Shown piece by piece: positions 42,168 to 52,500 of a stretch of 64,000 nucleotides of DNA. Numbering within the stretch: the first letter of the stretch is position 1; each line of letters starts with the position of its first letter. The notes under the pieces were generated by a model that saw only the letters and a list, made by a program, of their open reading frames with translations, was not told where the DNA came from and did no database searches. Source of the DNA: Zygnema circumcarinatum SAG 698-1b (Eukaryota > Plantae > Zygnematophyceae); contig CM074811.1 in the NCBI GenBank assembly GCA_037447605.1, positions 3,668,895 to 3,732,894 on the forward strand, read 5' to 3'. The position numbers and the translations under genes are program-made.

Positions 42168-42267
42168 NNNNNNNNNNNNNNNNNNNNNNNNNNNNNNNNN
42201 NNNNNNNNNNNNNNNNNNNNNNNNNNNNNNNNNNNNNNNNNNNNNNNNNNNNNNNNNNNNNNNNNNN
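42168..42267. other. Assembly gap (100 N)
   Basis: N run; true distance unknown. Confidence 1.
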
Positions 42268-42324
42268 AGCTGCCCTGGAGTGGAGCAAGTGGATGAAGTG
42301 ATCGCTGTCTCAATGTATGACCTT

Positions 42325-42352
42325 GGCCATGGCCATGGCCATGGCCATGGCC
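42325..42352. repeat. (GGCCAT)4-GGCC, a 28-bp perfect palindrome
   Basis: Read directly; the sequence is its own reverse complement. Confidence 0.9.
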
Positions 42353-42755
42353 GTGCAGTGATCACAAGGGATCATCCAGCGCATGCTGTGCTGCTGCCAT
42401 TGACAGCAGCACGCCTGGGCTCAGACAAGGACATGTTGTCTGAATCAGACACCCCGGTTACTCTACTCCATACATTTTGAAAGCTAGAACTCTCCAATTT
42501 GGTAACTAGTAGACTTTGTGTGTCACTGTCACCTGCCCCTGTGTCTGGTTGGCTTTCCTGAGTCCCTCTCGAACGCATTAACCAGCTCCAATTAATGGCT
42601 CGAGTCCAACTCGATCGGGTAGAGCACATTTCGAAGCAGCCTGCCACCACTGCACGCACCGTGAACGTAGCAGAGAATTTGTGGGGACCGTCTGAACTTG
42701 GTTCCATGGCGCCTTGTGCTGTAGAAGAAGCGCGGCCCCCGCAAACACTTCACAC

Positions 42756-43002
42756 TTCACAGATCGGACCATTGAATCAACCATTCGAATGTTGCCAACC
42801 ATTGGAGGGGTTAGGAACCATTGCATCCAATGGTTGGCAACCATCGGAATGATTCCGATTCATTGGCGCCGGACAGAACCAACCGTTCAAACGGTTCCAA
42901 ACCATTGGATGCCAATTCGAATGGTTACGAACCATTGGACGTCCAACCATTGCCATCCAATGGTTCTCCAATGGTTGCCAATCCAATGGTCCGACTTGTG
43001 AA
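42756..43002. mobile_element. MITE/foldback-like element, about 247 bp, with imperfect terminal inverted repeats and an internal AACCATTGG/CCAATGGTT array
   Basis: Left end TTCACAGATCGGACCATTG; reverse complement of the right end TTCACAAGTCGGACCATTG. About ten CCAAT/ATTGG words lie inside. No target-site duplication could be identified. Confidence 0.5.
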
Positions 43003-43174
43003 ACGCTTGGATCTTGGCGGTAATTAAAGAGAATGGCCAGGGTTCAGTCAGGGCAGCATATTCTGCACCAATTTTGAACCCGATCTCCAAAGGACGACCG
43101 ACAGACCCAGGCCATGGCATAAATACGGACCATCAAACGCAATTTTAGAACTCCATAACTCTGCTGGGAAGTGT

Positions 43175-45874
43175 TCAGGCCATGATCTTTCTCGACTTGG
43201 CATAAAGACTATCTACCACTTTGCTCATGTTCGCTAAAGTATCTAAAGCACAAGAGTATATAGGGTCGACAGGAGCCTCGTCAAACACCAGCAAGCATCC
43301 GGCTCCCTGGTCAAGGGTGCCCTCAAACTTGTGATCCAAAATCATTTGCGAAAGTTTCACTTCCACCTGCATGTGAGAACACCACAAACAAACAACTGTA
43401 AGAACCTTTGAAAAAGGGCCCCACTCAGTGAGCAACGGTGCCTAAATTCCGAAAAGCATCATCCTGCTGCTTGTACACATTTCTGACACTAAACAACATT
43501 GCAGCTTGTGGAGATCGTGTTATACGAGCTACGCTCAGCCTATGAAAGTTACAAGTCACTGGGAACTCACCTGCTCAATTGGTAGGCCAATTAGTTCGGC
43601 AATATGGGAAATCTCAACCCTAGAAAATGGCTCAATTAAACGTGCCAGATTCTGCTCCAACAGTGTATCGTACAAGGCTGTAAGGTGGCGGTCAATAATA
43701 GGGTCATCCGAGAGCTGCTCTTTGTAGGACTTCAATGTCTCCTCGAAAGTCTGCACGCTCACAACAGGCACAATATGATTTTAAGGTGGCAGTTATTCTC
43801 ATTTGCATCGCACTAACCATTACGACTGCATCCAGGGTGCGGGTGAGCAAGAGACATGCGGGAAATTGTAGACAGAAAATGCTCATAACCCATTGAATTC
43901 CAGAAATGAAGTGCGATTGGGAAAAAAGAACAGTAAGTTCCGTGCACCTATTCCCTTTTCAACTCCAGGCATGCATGCTCCATCCTTCCACTAGGCACTA
44001 AAGCACAGCATAATGCTCCACCCACATGAATGACTGCAGCACTTGAAGTCTAACGTCAGACTCTCCCTCACAACGTTTATTTAAGCATGAGGTTCGATTG
44101 GATACTTTCTTCCAAATCCAAACATTACCCTCAGAAAACAGTGAAAAAGGACAGACTCCCAAAAACACTTACCACAGCAGAGATAGCAACAGTGCACAAT
44201 TTATCTCCAATCGCTAGGTACACAATTTAACTAGCAGTTACAATCGGTTCGGACATGACATAATTTGATGAACTAAACATTATTGCATGTCACCATGACT
44301 TCTTCGCTACCATTTGTTCTCAATCTGCGCAACACTCTTGAAACTATTAGACCAATATATTTCGTCCTCCATTATGTTATGCAGGATGCTCCGAACCGGA
44401 CTACTTAACGTCTTTCCCGAACAGACGTGTTAAATTGCACCTACAAACACTATTCAATAACTTATGCCCATTCCTTGAACATATGAATGTTTTCACTAGT
44501 CACCCTCCCCGCCATGTCTGCAGCCTCGCTTTGGAAGTGAAAGCAGACAACCTAGGAGAATGAGAATTCCATAGCATATGTAACAGCGATGAAAGACATG
44601 GAAAATTACTAGAGAACAATACCTGTAAGGAGCGCTTGCTATGCGCATCAGCAACTGCCTTCATGGCATCCAGTTCTGGGCCCGTGTACTTGAGGCCTGC
44701 TTTAGTGGCGATGATGCTGTGGACGTCCTCTGCTTGATTGGTCATTATCTGCCCATAAAGATCACCCCATGAGAGATATTCAGTCTTTCGACCGCTCCGG
44801 CGTACCCGACGTCCAAGGGTGGTGAAGGAGCAGTGCGTGATTGGGCACAGCGAGGAATTCAAACTGCGAACGAAATGGTCACAGACGAAAGTAGAAGAGA
44901 ATTGGCCTCTGCAACATCCTCCGCCAACGAAAAAAATCCACCAGGAAATTGCAAATTCAATAAATAGATTTGTTATTGAGATTTTCATTCAACAGACGCT
45001 AGACTTTCGGCTGCGCTGGAAGATAATTTACCTTACAAAGCAGCATGTACTTGAGACATAGTACTGCCTTCGGATCGTCAAGAGCATTAAATCCCTCGAA
45101 TGCCTCATAAAAGTATGAATACGCTGTCTTATAGTCCTTCTCCTCGGCATGCAAAATGCCGGACTGCATATCAATTTGGCCCTGTTGTGCAGGCGGCACG
45201 TAGATAGCGTTGGCTGCTGTCCTCGCGGCGGTGAGCGCCGCCTTGGCCTTGAGCAGATTGCGGAGTTGATGGTGCAGGCGGCTCTCCAGCAGGTCGATGT
45301 CCACGAGCAGAAGCTTGTCGTCCAGCCGCCGCACTTCGCGCACCAGACTGGTGATGATGGCCAGCGCCTTCTGGTACTCACGCGTGTCCATGTACAGCGC
45401 AGCCAGGCGCGCCTCCACGCGCTGCCGCAGGAACGTGCGTTTCTCCTGCCGCGTCCACTCCACCATCTCCTTGCAGAGCTCCAGCTGCAGCAGGGTGGTG
45501 CCGGGAACCTTGGCCACCTCGTCGATGATCGTCCGAACGATTTTGGCGGTCTTGGCCTTCGGAATGAGGGCGAAGTACGGGAGCAGGTCGGTGAGGAGAG
45601 CCCGGTTCTCTTCAGCCCTGCCGGTCTTGGAGAGGAGCTCAGCCAGACTCAATATGGCGTTCTCCTTCACCCGGAGGGCTTCCGAGGATGAGGAGTCGTC
45701 TTGAATAATGCTGCGGTACACGGCAATCGCCTCGGCTGGACTGATGTCGTGCAGCTCCGCGGCTCTCTCCAGCGACTCCGTGGTCGCCGCAGCGGAGGCG
45801 GAGGAGAGCGGCTCGTCTGTGGCCATAAAGCTTTCCGCAGCGCCAGTGCTCGCAGTGGGGGCCGCGGCTGCCAT
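43175..45874 (-). CDS. RPN6: 26S proteasome non-ATPase regulatory subunit 11 (RPN6/PSMD11), 4 exons
   Basis: [91 protein letters not shown] / [22 protein letters not shown] / [36 protein letters not shown] / [22 protein letters not shown] (PCI domain). Confidence 0.97.
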
Positions 45875-46185
45875 GGCGGGCGAGCAGGCAGGGGCAGGAG
45901 CAGGGGCAGGAGCAGGAGCTGGAACAGGAGGCAGCCTACCCGTCCCGCCCCGCTCGAAGCGGCCCGGCCCTGCCCGGCCCGGCCTCGGCTTTGGCCTTGG
46001 CGTGGCTTGGCTCGCTGGCTGGCCGGCTCGCCGCGCGCCGTGGTCGACCGACCGAGCGAGTAGCGAGCGGGGGAGGGCAGCGGGTCGAGTCGAGTCGAGT
46101 CGAGTCGATCGCGGCGAGTCAGGTCAGGTCCGGTTCGGTCTGCGGCAGTCGGGCGGGCGGGCAAGCCAGGTCAGGCCAGCCCTGC

Positions 46186-46307
46186 CGCTACAGTGGCCGC
46201 TAATCGCGCTACAGCGGCCCGTGCTCGCGCTACAGCCGACGCCGTTGGGCTAAAAGCCCGTACGAAAGTGGCACTCCTCGCGAGCGCCACGTGGCGGGGC
46301 ACGTGGC
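46186..46307. promoter_or_regulatory. Bidirectional RPN6/EDR2L promoter with CGCTACAG x3 (21-bp spacing), TGGGCT, CCGTAC and two CACGTG G-boxes
   Basis: CGCTACAG at 46186, 46207, 46228; TGGGCT at 46246; CCGTAC at 46258; CACGTG at 46288 and 46300. Function is inferred from position and motif identity. Confidence 0.45.
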
Positions 46308-46468
46308 GCCACGCGCGGAGTCGCCATCATCCCCTGCGCGGGCACGGGTACGGGGGCACGGGCATGCGCGGGGGCAGGGAGGGAGCAGGGGCAGGGAAAG
46401 GGAAAGGGAGAGGGAGAGCGAGAGGGAGAGGGAGAGCGAGAGGGAGAGGGAGAGGGAGGAGGGAGGGA

Positions 46469-46478
46469 NNNNNNNNNN
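46469..46478. other. Assembly gap (10 N) within a GA-rich tract upstream of the EDR2L ATG
   Basis: N run inside the (GGGAGA)n-like tract at about 46370-46549. Confidence 1.
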
Positions 46479-46551
46479 GGAAGGGGGAGGGGAAGGGGGA
46501 GGGAGAGGGGAAGGGGAGGGAGAGGGGGAGAAAGAGAGGGAGAGGGAGGTC

Positions 46552-49500
46552 ATGGCCATGGCCGGCCTCTCGGGGTGGCTGTACCACGTCACGGAGGGCG
46601 GGGGTGGGGGCGGGGGCGGACCCGTGCTGCTGCGCCGCTTCGTCGCGCTCTCGGGCCGCCGCATCGCCATGTACGCCGAGGACCCCACGCTCAAGCCCCT
46701 CGAGGTCCGCCTCTCCCTTCAACACCTTGCACGCGTGCGAGTACAGATTCAAAAATTATTACTTCGGCTAAAGCTGGAATTGCGAATGCAGATTCGTGTC
46801 ATTTTTTCGGAACTGCTTTTAATTCTCTCTCGTGGTTCGTCACTGTGCTTCCGCATCTCATGCACAGAAGCCTGTAAGGCGAGGTGTGGCAGGCCTGCAC
46901 CAGCGGGTTGAGGATCTCGGCCGACAGACATTTGAAGACGGCAAGGTCAGTCTAAGAATGTACTCTTTGGCGCGCTCACCTTTTCGGTCGAGGTTTCTTT
47001 TGCTGTGAAGCCAACAGAGCGTGCACTTTTTATGCTGTTATCCTCCGTGTGTTTTGCCACTGTCAGCCCTCGGGCAATTTCCAGTATTAGAGTTTTCCGC
47101 TGAATGCTTAGCGCATTTAGCGAGTAAGGTCTGCAACTCTCTCCAGTCAATAGTACTACAACAGCACATACGAGGCAAATTGAGATGACCCGTGCGGGAG
47201 GTGTCTCCTGGCAACTTAGAGAACTCCAAGGATACAATAGACTTTCTATCAACTCGCAAGTATTCTGACCTTTAAACATGGCTTCGTGGAACCATTCTCT
47301 GCAAGTTGCAGAGGGCGTTATTGCTCTGAAGTGTGGGCATATGATTGCAGGTGTTACATGTTTTACGGCTGTACAACGAGTTGGACCCTACCAAGGAGGG
47401 GAAGGTAACAATGTTCAATCTAACCATTGACCTCGCATTTGTATCACACAACAAGTTGCGACAGCGCCAACTGCTGTACTAGTGTCATTCGTTTGTAGTC
47501 TAGTCAACTTTGTTCGATATGCCTTATTTAGATGCCTGTAAACAGGTCAGTTTCAGAATGCCTTGTTCGACTGTTCCTATGTGGTCCAAGTCCGGGTATG
47601 TTCGCCATATTATAGACGAGTTGATATGGAAGCAGGCTTCTGGGAGGTTCAGTTTGGCTGTTCCAGCGCAGAGGCGGCTCAGCTCTGGATTTCAGCTTTC
47701 CGGAATGCTCAAGAAGTGGTATTCTTTTCTCAACCGTATATGTCCGATTGCACTCTACTTCAACAATTTATGGACTAGGGCGCATACTATACCTTATTCT
47801 GATGTTTATTGTCGAATACCTTGACGTCTGGAGGGATTGCCAGTAGGAGCAATCCAGGAAATCTAAAGCTCAGTTTCGGTGGTGGTCCCTTGTTTGAGCA
47901 ATCCAGACGGAGAAGGAAATGAAAACCTTGGGCAGTGACAATAACTTGCCATTCCATCGACGAAAATCGTTAGATTTTTCCCAAACCGTTGAGAGAGGGG
48001 TCAGGTATTATGTCTTTAATGACCATTATCTATTAGCGGAGCAGAAGTGAAAGTAAATCATTGCATAATTACTAGAATCTGTTTTTCTCGCCTTAAAGAT
48101 TAAAAAAAAAAAAAAAATTAATTTAAAGATTTCAGTCAGTGTCAGATCTCAGGAAGGTAGCATTGCTTATGTCAGGATTGGTTGAACCAAAGAACACTTG
48201 AGAGTTGGCGTATTGGCCTTGAATCTTGAAGGTGAAATCACTTCTGAAATATTGTCCAGCACAATGGGCGCAGTGATAGTGTTCACATCCCAGACGAGGC
48301 TGACCCATTCCCGGGTTTCCATCGCTTGCTGACACTCGAGAAAAGTAAGAGCCAGCCCCTTAAGTTCACCTTTGTTTTGTTCAACCCACTTTTGTCTTTT
48401 CTGTCTGCCCTGACATGCCATGCCACCCTAAAAACCCTATGATGCCTCTTTCTATGGTCTAGCTAGAGCATTCTGCATAGCTCAAACTTAGGCGCAGTGC
48501 ATGGTTTATTATTGGACCACAGTCTTCGTCACAGCAGAACAAGAAATGGATGCAAAAACGGGGGGTATTGGAAAGCATCCGGAATGCATCCGATGCTATT
48601 GACGTAGGCCAGAAGAAATGAATCTACGCTTACTTTTCTTGTGCAGGCTTGGAAGATCCCACAAACGATGCGGTGATGGCATCAGCATCTGGAGACGATG
48701 CCATGGAAACTGCGGACTGGCAGATATTCAAAGTGGCTGATGGTGTGCCACTTGTTCACTTTGAAAACCTACGGCCGACAAAGGCTGGGAGATTGGTTCC
48801 CTGATGGCTAGGCCGAAGATGCTGCTGGAAATACATATTTGTGGGTAGGATGCTTCAAACAGACCGCGAGAACTAAGCTCACACCCAGCTCTCATTGATC
48901 TCTTTGGCTTTGCTTCTTTGAATCAGTGGCTTTGGGGCATTCCGGGGTGGGGTTCTTGCTTGCAGGGCTGCGCTTCTTTGAGGACATAAACGCATCCAAG
49001 GTGCCGCTCTCACAGCCCTCTTTTGGTCGGGCTTCCGAGTTTGCATCCCGATGGTGCTGTTCTTCGGGGGTGGAGGGACGGGAGTATGAGCAGGTGTTGT
49101 GTCCTTTGGAAAATCACTAGCTTTTTGTAGGCCCTTTTGTGATGCGTTCAAGGAAGGTGCTGAGTCTTATCAGTCCGATCGATGAAGGCATCCCACTTAT
49201 GCAGGCCGTCTTTTTCTTGCCTCATTCATCCAGTTCATTCAGTTTGAGTGCAACAATCATTTACCATCTATGAGGTTTTTTCTTACAGCTTTTGTTTTCG
49301 TTGCACACAATGCTTTGCAATTTAGCTCGTCAAAAGAGTTTCCGTAAATTCGCAGTTTTCATAAAGTGAATCCTGACCTCGCCTTCGCAGAATCAATACA
49401 CCTGCAAAAATACATACTTTTTTTTCACTAGCAGCACCTCTGACGATTTATTGTGCTTATGACATGTCTTACAGGTAGACACAAGTGGGGTGATAGTGAG

Positions 49501-52500
49501 GGCAGTCGGCACAGTGGACGCTTCAGCAGATGCAGTGTTTGAGTTGCTAATGAACACTGACAAGCACTTCCGATCTCTGTAAGCCAATTTGGACTATTGT
49601 AGTTGTCTCGATCCACCTCATTTTCTGTTCAAAGTCAAGGTTCAGCAAGTTTCAGTTATTTAAGTGCTTCCTAATTACCAGTTCCAGTCGCTTTTGGGCA
49701 GTTTGCTGGCGTGCCACCCGCGTTTTCTGCATAATGCATTCTATGTCTGTAAAGTCAGAATCGTCCAACTCACGACAGACACCTTTGGAGTGCACTCGTT
49801 TGCTTGACTTACGTGAGTGGTTACAGTGGTTACATGAGCACATGTACATGTACGGGGTCTCGAATTTGAAAATCCATGAACGAAAGCATTGATGGTCGCT
49901 ATCGAAAGCTTCTACTAATTAGTTGTTAGCTTGTCCTCGATTGTTTGTTACACAGGTGGGATCCTCTAACAACAGTTACTGAGATTGTTGAAGTGATTGA
50001 TGGTCATAATGATATCTTGTACTCGTACATTCCGAGCAAATACCTTAAGCAGTACGCCCACTCTGCCCCCCCTTTATCTGCTTCTCCTTCACTTTAGGGA
50101 ATTGATGGACTCCTCTTATGGCTTCTTATGTTGAAGCGTAAGCGCGGAGCTCTTGGACTGATTCTGTGGGCCGTAGTTGACAGGTTGATCGACTTTATTG
50201 TGCTCTACATGGCATGAAATTGCTTCGGATGTTGAAAGGTCTTGGTCGGTTTCTTAAGGGGAGGGCTTAGCTGTACCTTGGGTTGACAGATGGCAGCGTG
50301 ACCGGGACGTGGTCTACTCACGCTATTGGAGACGAGATCAAGATGGCTCTTACTGTGAGTTATAGCCTTGTTCACGTTTCCTTGCTATGTCACATGGTTC
50401 GCTGAGCTCGCTTTGCTGGAGAGTTTCTTACAGCCACATTGTTCTTGTTTCATCTGAGGGTGAATCATGGAAAACGATGAATATTTCGACGGCTCTATGT
50501 TTCTTTCCAAATATTCGTGTATCTGTGGAACATTCTGTCAGGATCCTCTTTAAGAGAGAAAACGATTACTGGTAAGAAGCATGAATGAGGTTTCCTTGTA
50601 TTGTCCATTGCCTCCTGGTCCTGGCAGGCCACTCACTGAATTCTGCATCATCGGGAGTGGCACTGCAGCTATTGCGCAATTCGCCACATCGCATCCGAAC
50701 AAACCACCTGTCAATGGTGTTGTACGCATCGACAGCAGTCGTAAGTTGTGAGGGAAGTGACCCTCTGCTTGTGGATAAAGAGAGTGTGGCATTCACTGAA
50801 AACCTGTCGTACGAAATCACGTTTCTTTTGGAGATGCTGTGTGAAAGCCTTTGCTTTCCTTTCCTTTGCGGGTGCAGCCGGTGCGTGGGAGGTGGTCCCC
50901 CTCCCCCCTCGGCCGGGCGGGGGGGCGCGCTCTCTCCTCCGGCACACGCTTGAGCTGACGGCGGGCGGCTGGGCGAAGTGGCGGCCCACCTATTATGCGG
51001 ACTTTGAACAGACGGTGCCGTACGTCTCGCTCATGCGGATTGCCGGTAGGTGGTCAATGCACACACAAGGTTGTTGTCGTCTGGCGGAGTTGGTGTTGGG
51101 ATGATGACTGTGGGAAGTAGGAAGTAACCAGTAGTAGTAGTAAGTTAAGTTTATTCAGCAGAAGAAGGGTATATTCCTTCGCTTTCAGGCAACACCTTTT
51201 GAGTTTTGGCGACACCCAAGAGCTTTGTCTATATCTTCCAAAGCTTATAGAGGCGCATGCGTGAATTTAGAGCTGGGGAGGCTTGTTGCTTGTTTGGCGT
51301 TTGCTTTTCGTTTTTGTACGTTCAAGGAGGGTTCACACTGTGTGAGGTTCACATTGCAGTTACTATTTGTGAGGGCGACCTTCTGAATGCAGATATATTA
51401 ACTGTCACTCGGGCGATGATTCTTGTCACAGCATCTCATTGACACCATTAGCAGTAAACTCCTTCATGGATGCCCTCCCTGAATGGATGGGGGAACTCCT
51501 CCCTGATCGATAGTGCAAGCTAACCTTTACTAGGCTTCCTTTCTTGAAATCCACACACGTGCTGTTATTCAAGGTTGTCGTTTTCAAGGCTTCATTTGCT
51601 AAGAAGTTGTGCTCGTACTGATTTGGTTCGTTTACTGCCATCATGTCCCCCACAGGTATGAGGGAATTTTTCAATTCAAGGACAGCTCCATGGGCCTCTG
51701 TGGAGAGCGGTCGTGTCTCCGTCCAGCCTGCACCAACGTCAGACTTGCCACGTGGCACACCAGAATCTCTCGACTCTGACGATATGAATGAGGAGTTCCA
51801 TGACGCCATCGCTGTGCCCTATGAAGATGAGGAGTACGCTGCCAGCAAATCCGTAAGCAGGCATTCTCACTTCTGAGTTGCCTACTTCAATTTCATGCTA
51901 GTTGTTATGTGTTTGTCGGTTTGTTGGTAAGCACTGCCACTCATGTTGATGATTCTCGCAGGATCGAGCCAAGAGCCACTGGCGTGAGGTCCGGTGGAGT
52001 GTCCAAGTCAGGGAGCAATTGAAGTCGTTGCACAAACAACGTAAGTTTCTGTTTCCGTGACCTGCTGTCTGTCAAAACAATGACTGCTTCCATGCAGCTT
52101 ACGCCTATCATCATCTGCTGCTTCCTTCATATAGCATCTGTTTTTGCAACTTAGTTTTTGAAGGGCTTGGATAATCATACACAGCTTTATATGACAGTGA
52201 ATTATTGGAGGGTGTTGCGAAAGTGCACAGTTAAGTTTCAGGTACCTTCTGCTGTCTTGGGCCAAAAAAAAAAAAAAAAATAGCACTACGCTGCAGGTAT
52301 AGAAGCATGTTGGGTGTTGCATAGTGACACTGGTTGCATAGCACGAAATGGGGCTCTTCTACGGATGCTTTCGATAAATTTGTTACACTACTTAAATTAG
52401 GAGTGGAAAGGATGCGAGTGTTGTTGGGGTATCGTGTAGGCAACCTCCGGCGAGCTTGTTTTAGGGCGCTCTCTTCGATCGCCGTTCTAAATCCAGTTTT

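Noticed and set aside
45149-45704. Antisense ORFs of 135-180 aa within RPN6 exon 1
   Set aside because: Shadow ORFs expected from high GC3 codon usage.
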